NCBI GenBank assembly: GCA_044892505.1
Contig: CM097882.1
Span: 515,034,001 to 515,098,000 of the forward strand
DNA: 64,000 bases
Reading direction: 5' to 3'
From: Schmidtea nova
Lineage: Eukaryota
Of this stretch, positions 35,904 through 47,854 are shown one piece after another. Every line of letters begins with the position of its first letter. Position 1 is the stretch's first letter. The translations under genes and the position numbers were made by a program. The notes beneath the pieces were generated by a model. That model saw only the letters and a list, made by a program, of their open reading frames with translations, made no database searches and had not been told where the DNA came from.

Positions 35904-36845
35904 TTACATTTTGCTAGCAAAAAAATTTTTCTGGATCAACCACGTAATGGCCATACAATAATTTATGCGTGCAACAAAGATTTTCTGGATTTCAGTTTGA
36001 GTTTGCAGGATTATCACTAATGCAATGTTAAAATAATGTAGTGCAAGAAATAATAATAAATTAGTGACGTTTCGTAATAATAATAATAATAATAATAAGA
36101 TTTTGACCAAGATGGTACAAACAGCCAATTATTTGAGTAGCTGGAAAAGCTCTTTCAATAGCATTTTGAGAATCCTTTTACGAAATCTGACATGACACTC
36201 AAAGGATTTATAGGAGGCTGTAAAATCTTCAACTTTTCAACTAAGCCATGACTTGTGAACAACTGCATGAAAAGTTCTTTTGCAGCTTTAAAAGTACCAT
36301 CAACAAACCAATGTGAGTGGGTTTGCAAGGCATTCAAATTTTCTTCAGTACCGAAAATTAGTATTCGATGCAGGTCCAAAACTCCGGAATCCCACAAAAG
36401 AAAAGGAATGTTTCTCAATGTCATCTGCTGATCTTGAGCAATTACTATATCTGCAACTGTTCGTGGCGTTTCATGTGGTTCTTGAAAGAGTTTCCGTTTT
36501 CGTTCAATAGTTCGCTGATAGGACGGTAGAAGTGCAACTGCTTCCAAAGAAATGCCTTGTTTACACTACTGAATTATCTGTCTTGGTTTACCAAAATCAT
36601 GTTCTGCTATGTCGCGCATGTTAACAACTGCCTTAACCGCGTTGATCTTTTCTGGGTCTGGTGCATGGTTGTGTTCTGATATAATTGAGTTGACCCCAGT
36701 CATAATTTTTATTCGGCCACGACATTGTTTCTGCAAACATATCCATGAGACACTGTCGTCGGCATTACGTTTCGCAAATTTATAGCGATATCCTTCGTGA
36801 AACAACATGTCTTTGTCTTTCTTGTTTTTGAAATATCCATTCTTG
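35904..36845 (-). pseudogene. FLYWCH-MULE transposase, deleted and frameshifted
   Basis: LFHEGYRY..WICLQKQCRGRI..EHNH (FLYWCH), WFVDGTFK..LFMQLFTSHG, VMSDF, IIGCLYHLGQ. Confidence 0.85.
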
Positions 36846-36949
36846 TGTTAGGCCAACAAAATGGAATTTACGTCTAAAAACAAATAATAAATCAATCAAT
36901 AAAATCAAAACTATTACCAATCAGCAAAAAATAATGGTTCTTTATGCTT

Positions 36950-37030
36950 TAATATTGGCAAAGATATTAAATAATGGCAAAGATAATAAATATTGGCAAA
37001 AATATTAAATATTGGCAAAAATATTAAATA
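36950..37030. repeat. ~19-bp tandem repeat (AATATTGGCAAAAATATTA), about 5 copies
   Basis: Seen directly in the sequence. Confidence 0.85.
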
Positions 37031-37502
37031 TTGGCAAAAATTATAAATATTAATAGTGTGAATTGAACCGTACAGATCGTTATATAAAGTAAATAAAAGT
37101 GATTACTTTTAAAAAAAAATATCTTAAAATGAACTTCTTGATTTAATAAACAAATTTATAAATTGTATAACTAATTGTTTAACTAAACATATTAATATTT
37201 ATTATTCTCCATTTTCATTGTATTCTTTCATACAAGATGACATCAAAGTTTGGGCAATAAATTAAAATTCATAAAATAAAATAAGTTTTTATTGATAATA
37301 GTCAAAAAATAAGCAAAAAAATTTGCACCATTTCGAATATTATTTTTTCTACAACAAAATTCTAACAAATATCCATTCAAATATTCATTGGATGTTCCAT
37401 ATTTTTTTCTAAATAGAATTCTAAATCAAAAATTTTCCAGAAATCCCCCGATTTTATTTAATAGTTTTTGCTATTACAAGTGTTCTTTTATTTGTCTGCT
37501 TT

Positions 37503-37708
37503 TTGTCTGTCGGCCTTTTGTCCGTGTCGGCCTTTTGTCCGTGTCGGCCTTTTGTCCGTGTCGGCCTTTTGTCCATGTCGACCTTTTGTCCATGTCGGCC
37601 TTTTGTCCATGTCGGCCTTTTGTCTGTGTCGGCCTTTTGTCTGTGTCGGCCTTGTGTTCGTGTCGGCCTTTTGTCCATGATGGCCTTTTATCCATGTCGG
37701 CCTTTTGG
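37503..37708. repeat. 17-bp tandem array (GTCGGCCTTTTGTCCGT), about 12 copies
   Basis: CGGCC recurs at 37511, 37528, 37545, 37562 and onward; ends in GGGGTAGAACCC. Confidence 0.95.
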
Positions 37709-38300
37709 GGTAGAACCCTTTAATAGACAGAATCGATTCTGATACTTGTCTGCGAAATCATTGAGAATTATACTTTTTTGATCCAAAATGTGGAAATGAT
37801 GGCTTGACTCTGTTCTCATCTTCAAAGAAGGTTTCTCACAAAGGAATTCCACTCTGTTGACTTATGTTTGGTTTTAGACAATTACATGCTGAGTTGGGTT
37901 TTATCTTCGGTTATTAAATTTGCAAGGAAATGCTCATCGTGCTGCTCCCATAGGTGCAGATGGCTTTTTAATTGAGATGCGCATACAAAATAGCAGAAAA
38001 ATAATTTTACTATGAAAAATGAAAACAAACTTACAAACCATAGCAATGCAATAATAAAATATACACATATATTGATAAATTACATACAGAATCGCTTAAA
38101 GTTAGTTAAATGAAAATTATTTCGTTTATCGAATATTGATTTAATTCGAAAAATATATGCAGATCGCTCTCACGTCTCCATCATTTCGCAAGTCAAACAG
38201 TAAGGGACGAATCCGGAAGAGTTTCTTGAAATAAAAAGGCACAAATCTTGCTTGAACAGGCGCCAACACTGAAATTAAGAGGCGCTGACAGTATAATCAT

Positions 38301-39490
38301 GGTAATTCGAAGTTCTTCTTGGGTTAATTTCTGTAATAGCCGGCAAAATTCCTGCTGTTTAGCCTTGTCATTAAAAATTCAGATTTACCCTCTTTTGAAC
38401 TCTCACCAAATATTTAACAGTAGTTGTCGATTGGACATCCTCTTGGTAGGTTGCTTGCAAAACGAAGAACTCTATTACATTACCATTCTCCACTTCAGAA
38501 ATCATGATTGTCGAAATTTCAAAAAACGCGTAAAATTTAGAGGCGTTGATAGTGAAATGTTTATGGAGGGTTAAATTGTGAATCTTTATGGAGAATTATG
38601 TTGTGATAGTTTTTGGTATAAATTATGTTTATGTTGAGATATAGTGTGTCTTGTGAGAGATCTGTAGAGCCCGAGAAAGTCTTCCAAAAGTTGTGTGGAG
38701 ACACTCGGGGTGCTTGTGGATGTGAGTGCGAAATATTAAATGTAACAATTAACAAAAACAACTGTAAATAATAACAGCTTTTATTAAAATTAAAAACTAT
38801 AATAATATTACTCACGGATTAGTCAATTCATGGTGGGTTAACAGATAAATTGTCTTTAAAGAGTTTGTATAGCCTTTGATGGGTTCGTAGAGGTTTTGAT
38901 TTTCTTGTCAAGGCTTTTTGTCGTAATTATTTTCCAATTATTTTTCATAATTATTTTCCAATTTGCAATTTCTTTTTAATTCTTACAAAACAATCAATTG
39001 TCTATTTCTTCTTATTTCGTTATATTTTTTAGGCTATATTTATTTCTCAGATCAATTTACTATTTCTATAGTTAATTGATTATTTTTTTAATTTAAATTA
39101 TTATTTTTGTTTTTTGACTTTTTGTTATTTTAATAATTAGACACGCACCACAAACAGGGCGGAAACCACACATGGGGGAACCAAAAATAAAAATTGCCTA
39201 TGACAATAATAATAATAATAAGATTATACAACATTAACAGACAGCATTCTCGTGGTAATTCGACGCTCTTCTTGGGTTAATTTCTGTAATTTTCATCAAC
39301 AGACGGTAAAATTCCTGCTGTTAAGCCTTCTCATTAAAAACTCAGATGTAACCTCCTTTGAACTCTCACCAAATATTTAAGAGTAGTTGTCGATTGGACA
39401 TCCTCTTGATAGGTTGCCAACAAAACGAATAAATTTATTACATTACCATTTCATAAATCATGGCTGACGAAATTTTTAAAAAAACATGTA
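38301..39490. repeat. Diverged ~235-bp direct duplication (38301-38535 vs 39254-39490)
   Basis: Shared GGTAATTCGA..TTCTTGGGTTAATTTCTGTAAT and GTAGTTGTCGATTGGACATCCTCTTG. Confidence 0.8.
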
Positions 39491-40678
39491 AATATTGTAA
39501 CTAACCAAAAATAGAAACAAACAAAAATTAAAACCTATCTATTGTACAAAAAAATTGAATTATTGAATATTGTTTTTTCCCAGTTTCGTCAGTTACTTTC
39601 ATCACGTATATTAATTTAATTATTTGCTGCTGTATAAAAGTCGTATTTCTTCGGGAAAAAAATTGATGAAATCAAATTAGGCTAAAATGAATATAATTTA
39701 AGAAAAATATACATGGATTTGTACGGGACATTATCGGCTACATCAATCATGAAAATAGTATCACTAGTCTGGCATGATTCAACTGGTGAAATAAAAATTT
39801 ACTAAAACATTTTTAACTAAAATTTTAAAATATTCTTATTTTATAAATCACTATTTTTTAATTCCAATTAACAAATACGGCTCACGAGAATTATGCCATT
39901 TCAAATCAACGCAATTCAAAATATCTACTGGGTGCTTACATTTTTCCGAATAAGCAAACCAACCACTCAACTCGCAGACACAAATAATTTCTCTCTATTT
40001 TATTTTCACATCAGGAATAGGAATCTATTCAAAGTTGGAATAAATTATTCTTTTTCATTATCCGACGTTTGAGGAATAAGGATAGAATAAAATCAAATGA
40101 ATAATATTCCTTAAGATATACATATAAAATAATCACAATGAAAACAAACACTCACGTTACAAATATCTGTATAATATAAATATAATATATAAACAGAATC
40201 AAACAAGGTCAATTTTAAAAATAAGTTTTTTGTTTAAAAAATAATTGTTTTTTTGTGATGTTGATTTAGTTGTTTTTTTCCAGAGAAAACCTTTTTATTT
40301 TCAAAATAAATCAAAATCAACTCTAACCAACTCAAATCATTTTAAAAACTCATACAGAACAAAACACAAAATTTTAGGTCAGTCCAAAATATTTTTTTTG
40401 GAATTTTGGTAATATTATAATTTTCTAGCTTAACTATCATTAATTAAGTTTTTTTTAAATTCAAATTTTATTTTTGTTTGGAAAGTGGAGTTAAAAAAAT
40501 TAATTAGATTTAGTTGTTCTTTTTGATTTGGAAAATAGTTTTATCAAATTTTTAAATGTTTTTTTAGTTTCATTTAAAGTTTTTTTTACTATTTTAAAAC
40601 CAGTGATAAATAATTGTTTTATTTGGTCTTTACTTTGATAGGAACAGAATTTTATTTTAAAATCATACCACGAATGAA

Positions 40679-41120
40679 TTAGTAATTGATAATGAACCTG
40701 TCATGTCAAAAGCCTGTTTTACTAGAGATGATGCTCTACTGACCGCGTTCCATTCTATCGTTGGTCGACCTCGTTACCAACCGCGATGATATTAAAAAGA
40801 TCTGGCATCATTCTGTCTACAATGAACTGAGTGTCTTTATTTGCATAGCCTGTTAAAACAAGAGATGGTGCTCTACTGACCGTGTTCTCTTCTATCGTTG
40901 GTTGACCACGTCATCAAAGTTTTATAGTTGGTATGCGACAATTATGTCATTGATGAAGCTCTTATTTTGAAATACCCAATCGAACACGATATCGGTACCA
41001 ACTGGGATGATATGAAACAGATCTGGCATCATTCGATCTAAAATGAATTGAGTCTTTCCCGATGGACACACATTGACGTTTATTGTAGCTCCAATCAATC
41101 CAAATACCAACAGAGAAAAT
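40679..41120 (+). pseudogene. act: Two tandem, degenerate 5' actin fragments
   Basis: LVIDN..MSKA.F..DDA...F.SIVGRPRYQ and [26 protein letters not shown]...APINPNTNRE match the actin N-terminal third, with stops and deletions. Confidence 0.85.
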
Positions 41121-44100
41121 ATCGAAGGTTTATGGAATGAATTACGACTTGTTGTTACTGTTAATGATACTTGTTTTTTCCGAAAGCACTTTATCCGTCA
41201 AGGATGGGGTTTCTCAAACCACTATCGACCTCCGCACAATACTAACAACGTGTATACCACAATCTTACCGCACAATATTAGTTAACTTTTAGGCATCAAA
41301 TATCGTTTAGTTTTTTCCGAAATCTATTAAAAGTTAGAATTATCATTTGTTATTGTGTGTTGGCAAGTTATACTTTAACTCTTGAAAATCAGTTCACAAC
41401 TAGACAAATATAATCAGCTTCCTGGGATATGTAATAAGAGTTAGAAATAAAAACACATTTATGTTAATTAGTAATGTAAAACACAAATTCTATCAATAAA
41501 TATGAAAATTAAAGTTAGGCCATAAAAGTATTTTTTGGAAATATTGTGTAACCAAATTTTAATCGATAATGAATCATAATTCCAGATTAACAAAACTCTA
41601 GTAATTGGTTGAAAACCAAAAGTCCTTATTTTACAAAATCTCATTTCAAAAGGGTAGAGTGCGGATGAGATGTTTGAGTGCAAAGTACACATCCTGGACG
41701 CTACTGATGAGCCATCTTTCGATGTTTGTGGGATCTGTCGCGTATGCAGGTTACGAGAGTCTTGATAGTTTTCAAGAACTAACTTTTATTTTTGAGTGAG
41801 TGAAATGTAAAAACTAAAATTTGATGGGGCTGTTTCGCCATCTTTATTAGAAAGCAGAAAACACTTTTCTACATAGCAAATATTACTAAAAATCTTTAGA
41901 AGATATTGAGACTAAGGATACAAGATAATAGAGATATATTATATCAAAATAAATGTTCACAATCGTGCTAGATAAAGGAAAGATGAATATCGACAATAAT
42001 TTATTGTACAAACAAATGAATTGTGCTTCGTGCTGCATTTTTTCTTTATCTTTTCTTCTTGAATTGATTGCAATTGATTGTGTTTTTTAGATTTTCTGTC
42101 ATGGATTTTTTGTAAGCAATTTTTGTAACACCACAATTCACATTTTGTACGGCTTAACTGGTTTTCGAAGACTTAAATGGGATAGCGTTGACATACCAAT
42201 CAAGCCCAACATGATTTTCATTGTCCCAGTTATTGGTTATTTTATGGAATTGGTGTTTCTTTTGCAGTGCTATTGTAAATTCATAGACGACCGAACAAAA
42301 TTTCCTAACCGAGACCAGAAACCGCTTTGGCATAAACTGACAACTTTAGCTCCAAGTTAATCTTGTTCTTTTGTAAATATTGGAAGAGAATCATAGATGT
42401 AACTTTTAACTTCTTGGAGACGTTTTAAATGATCTGAGTATATTTCTGGGTACCATATAATCCCATAAAGCATTACTGATTTAAATTACAGAATTTTCCG
42501 AACATACTCTTACTGCACTTCGAAGGCTTTCCTCGCTGTAATTACAATGTCTTTTCGTAGCCTCAGAAGCTTTCTTCTTATGTGACATTTTCTACATAGA
42601 AAAATACTGAATGAGTGTCATAGAAATAAGGAAAATATAGATTTAATATACGAAAACAATAAGTTTTTCTATATATACATATTACTTTAAGTCATTCACT
42701 GATGTTTATATTTATATGTTCCGATAAATTTTAAATATCTTTCATCATTTCCGGATAGCTTGTAAGATTGAATTAATATCAATAATAAAACGCGTGATTT
42801 CAAATTTCTGTTTTTCACAAAAATCTGATTATTTAAATACTTGAAATATTCTTTATATGGCAATTCAATTAAACTTGTGGTATTATCATTTATAATATAT
42901 TAAAGGGGCCAATCCTAAAATAGTAAATATAAATTATTTTGTTTTTCGTTTATTTGTTGGGGTCAATGTTGGATTTTATTGTTGAAGCAAAAAATGGAAA
43001 ATTTAATTTGAAGTGATTAGATTTAAATTTATGCAATTATATGCTGATTATGCCAAATGGTTCAAATTAAGAAAATAATGTTTCACAGAAATCTTTACTC
43101 AAAATCGACAAGCTTAAATTTTTCAAAATTAACTGCAAATGTTGAATCATTAACATATCACATGAAAGAAGTTCAAAAAAATTATTATTACGAAAATGGC
43201 AAATCAATAATAAATCGTATCTTACGAACGGGATTTGGTTTTCACAGATTCTAGTCATCTCAGAGTTTTGTAACATAATTGTTCAAATTCGCTATATAAA
43301 GTGAAATTATTTGAAAATTTTCAGTTGAAATCGGAATTATAGATTGATATTTCATCTACGAATTTTTGAAAGTCGTCGAGTATTCTGGATGAGGCTTCCA
43401 ATATTATTAGGCAAATTGAAAATTATTGTTAAATATCAGAGTGGTACAGTGAAGATCTTTACATTTCTATTGATTATATTGAATTACGGAAAATTTCCTG
43501 AATAAATATGAGACAATGGATAATGAAATAGGCTCTCAAGTTATTATTGGAACTTCTCGGACGTTGATATTTTGGGCAACCAAAACAGATATTTGTATTT
43601 CAATCTCAAACAATAAAGTCGTCATGGTATTAACCTTTAAACGCAGCAAGTTATCAGTTCGATCGTGCACTACAGTCTGGGAATTTTCAAGCAAATAAAA
43701 AATTGAATTAAATCATAATATATTAATTATTATTGCTCATTTTGCATGGGTGGTGTGTCGTGCACGGAAATACAGAATGAGTTAACTTGTTTATGGTGCA
43801 TAAAGGTTTGATGAAAAAGACAAAATCTTATTTTATAAAACATTTGGATTTCAAATTTCAGCTACTCGAAAATCATGAGTTGCTTTTGGATAGGAATTAT
43901 GACTGTATTAAGATCTATGCAAGAGAGGAACAGTAATTTGCATCGTGGTTACTGCTTCACACAATGAAGCTAAGGATAATGGTTTGAAGTTACTGATAAA
44001 TGCTGTGAAACATTGGATGATTCAATTTATTTAACAGTTCAATTTATTCTGATCCATTCAGACCTAATAAATGTCATTTTATAAATAAAAAAATTATCCA

Positions 44101-45446
44101 TTAAAAATTACTTTTTTGGTGCGAAGAAAATCAACTAAGTGTCAAACATCGTTACTCATTAAATTCAAACTTTGTTTGGAAAGTGTACGTTTTTTCCAAA
44201 CTTAGTTTTCTAGTTCGAAAATAAAATAATCTTAAATCCTGAAAATTCATAACAAATATATATCGTATTTTCAACAGATTTCTGTAATTTTTCGAACGAT
44301 TAGCATTATGCGAATAACAAACTGTTACCGAAACTGATGAATATTTACAAATGACGTCGTTATCTTGATTTTTGTATATTGAAAAAATCGGTTCCGATTA
44401 AAATCCCAATAGTATCGATATTCCGACCGAAAAAAAACGGCCAATATTTTAGCTAATTTTATCAATCCAATCTTCGTTAGTGTAGGATTCAAGGTTTTGA
44501 TGGTTGAAATATTTTTTATACACAAGGTATGCAAAATTTTGAATTAAGAACAAAATCTGAAATGAAAATACGATAATGAAATTATAGGAGCTATTCCGCT
44601 AAGATAATTCAATGCTGTTTTGTTTTGCCGTCATTAACCACCATTAAAATTCTATTTTTTCATTTGACGTCTATTCGTTTTTTGACACATTTTATCCCAC
44701 GAATAATGAATTCGATCTAAATTTCAATTTATTTATGTTCTTGTTGAAACTCTTCAATAATTCTATTTAATACAATGTGCACTCGGCCTACTAACAATAT
44801 CCTTAAACCATATTATCCATGCATACAATTCCCAGTTCCACTGATACCCAAACCAATTATAAAACGGGAGGGAATAATTTTGTCTTCGAAATAGTTAATT
44901 TATTATTTGGGTAACTGGCAGAACTTACCCGAGGTGCATCATTGTGATCGATAAACTTAGAAACACGACGTTGTCCATTCAGAAGTATTTTGATCACTCT
45001 GTACTTGCAACTCATTACCTCTCTTTTCTCACAGCGTCAGTAAAAATGACCCTCCGGTTTCTCCCCTTAACTATTATAATGACTAAAAATATTTAATTAT
45101 AGATATTAACACGTACAAATATTTTTACTGTCTTTTGCGATCGAATTATTTCACTAACATTCGTTTTTGTAAATCTTGATGAGTTTAGGGGTAGAGATTG
45201 CCAAATTCCCGAACATTTTTTAATCTCGAGATTCGGGACTACCGTTTGTACAAAAGAAAAATTTCCCGAGAATTTGTTTATAAAATTTATTATAGTTAAA
45301 ATAAAATTCTTATGGTTATTTAAAAAACTACATGTTTTTGGTTTTTTTCACTGCACAAAAATATAATAATAATAAAAAAATATTAATTCAATATTACAAA
45401 ATATAAATAATAAGAAGAAAAGTATAGAAGAAAAAATAAAATATAT

Positions 45447-47325
45447 TTATTTAAAATGGCTCTTGAGCACACTTAGACAATTGATCGATTGATCTGACAA
45501 CCTTGTGCACTTTTTTATCCAGAGATAGAAAAATTCCTTTAATTTTTGCGTGCTGGTTGGTTGAATTGTATATAATGCTGATTGAAGCTTTTGTAAATTG
45601 TCCATTAATTTTCCTGATCCTTCGTAAAGATTCATCTCGTTTTTTACCAACTGCAAATCTTTATTATTTATTGCACTAGAGACTTGTGCACTTTTTCGAA
45701 TGTATTCCTCTAACTGTTCAGATAAGCAAATATTATTTGCACAATTTTCTTTTTGTTCAACTTCAATTTGATCCGCATTCTCATCGATAATACTTTTGTT
45801 AATCGAATAAAGTCTTTTAAAAATTAATCGTGTTGTTTTTGATATTTCCGCTTTTGTTGATAGAGAAAAATAATTGTCATATTCATGATGTCGTAAACAT
45901 GTTGGATCCTGGAGGTATTTCATTATTGAAATAATAGGAATATTTCGTCGAACTTTAATTTTATCTTTTATTGCATCCACAAATTTTGAGCTAAGCAATG
46001 ATTTGTTGTTTTCCAGTGTCTTAAACAGAAATTTAAGAATTCCTTCAGCTGTTAACAGATTAGCATCTTGGTGACTCAATGCATTTATTGCTACCCGTAC
46101 GGGAGTTAAAATGTATAATAGCTCGTTTGCGATTTGCTCGTCCTCTTCAGTTAACCAGTAATAACTAACATTTAATTCATTCATAGCCCTAATTATTGGT
46201 GTTTTAATTCTCAAAAATCTTTTGAACATTGTTTCCAAGCTGTTCCAGCGGGTTTTGCAATCCAAACAGTAGTTGGAGCTCGTTGGTTTCATTGTCTACT
46301 TGCATAACATAATTTTGTAAAATCCCATTTTTTACGAGTGAGTTCTTAAAAAAAATAATAATTTTCCGAATCTGTTCTATTACTATCGAGATATTGTGAT
46401 TCTTACTTAAACAAGTATTTTCTGGAATAAATTCATTTTCTGTATCAGACTCCTATGTATTCTCATCACCACTTCCATTATTGAATTGATATAACTGCGA
46501 ATCATTTTCAATTTCATCTGTATCATTTTCGGGTTGTTGTTTTTCATATATAACTGATACCACGGCTAAATGGATATCGTGATTGTAGCACAATTGTTGC
46601 ATACACGGAGCAAGTTTTCCAAACTTAATCATAGTACTCGCTTCATCACTGATGATAGATACAATATATTTAAAACAATAAATTTAATACAATAAATTTA
46701 ATTCAAAATCATTTAACTTAGATTCAACTATTGCAAGATTTTTTTCTGCTGGACAAGAGCCATAAATTCTTACTAAATCTAAGTTTTCAGAGCCCTTGCC
46801 AGCGTAATGCAAGTGCACATTCAAGTATATTCTGTTGCGCAAACTAGTCCATTCGTCAATAGATATACTAAATTTCATGTTTTGTTCCTTCATTTTGTTT
46901 ATTTTTAGCACTATATTCGATTTAATTTGCGCATAGTAGTCATGAATAAGTTTTATTACATAATACGTTTTTTTAGGAAGAAACATCCCTCTTGTGCTTA
47001 GACTGTTTCGAATAAATTCGCTTTTGCTTATTGCATTTATTGTAAAACCGTCCTTAGCAGCTAATTTTGCAACAATACTTTGAGGAGAAGAAGTACTAAC
47101 TTCATTTGTATTACAATAATAATTGTGTAAATATTTTACACGTTTTGAGGTGCTTGATGTAGGCGATTGTAGCAGTTTCCTTTTCATGCTGTGAATATTT
47201 TCCAAGTGCCTGTGAAGACCTGATGTGGAAGATGCTTTGCATTGTAAAATTTTTCCACAGATCATGCATTTTGCTGTATCAATATTTCTTTCAAAATGAT
47301 CCCAAATTTTACAGTACTCGCTCAT
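45447..47325 (-). pseudogene. hAT transposase (BED finger, DDE, dimerization domain), frameshifted
   Basis: IWDHF..AKCMICGK..STSGLHRHLENIH, ISIDEWTS, CYNHDIHLAV, LDCKTRWNSL, QPTST. Confidence 0.9.
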
Positions 47326-47760
47326 CGTATGGGTTAAATTTTTAATAAATTAAAATAAAAAAATATATTAAATAAATAAAAAAATATATTATAAATAATT
47401 AATTATGTTTTTATTATACTTTTAATCAATTTTAATGAATGCAATTTTAATTATAGCATGCGACACATACTTACTTTGAAAATTAAATAAAACGATTTTT
47501 TTCTAGAAATTTAAATGTTATTGTCTCTGAGAAAAAAAAAATAGTGAAACATTAAAAAAATATGAGCGCGTTTGGAAATATTAAGTGTCACGTGCGAAAT
47601 AACTATATAATGACCCAATAAACAAATAATAGTGGATTTCGAAATTAATATAAGTATAACTTCACAATATATGTTAAAAACAAAGCACTATATGATGATA
47701 TAATTTTTAAAACAACTAAATTACAAATTACAAAAAATATGATTATTTTAATTATCTATT

Positions 47761-47854
47761 ATATTTTGAGGTTGTGGAGGTTTTATTTTGTCCGGCGGGC
47801 ATGTCGGAGTGTGTGGGAAAAGTTGGAAATTGCTCATAATAGCGATATAGATTA
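47761..47854. repeat. 94-bp segment identical to 49373-49466
   Basis: ATATTTTGAGGTTGTGGAGG...GCGATATAGATTA is identical in both places; a diverged third copy lies near 48416-48470. Confidence 0.9.

Noticed and set aside
37388-37742. Cys-rich or basic repetitive ORFs
   Set aside because: Products of the 17-bp tandem repeat.
37750-39500. Possible spliced host gene on the minus strand (GTAAGT/GTGAGT donors, RRM-like FVGNL)
   Set aside because: No consistent stop-free exon chain could be built, and no family was recognised.
41704-41760. CTGATGAG as a hammerhead ribozyme core
   Set aside because: No downstream GAAA or supporting helices; other CTGATGA hits also fail.
41600-44000. Protein-like patches on both strands
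   Set aside because: Short, stop-ridden and not assignable to a family by eye.
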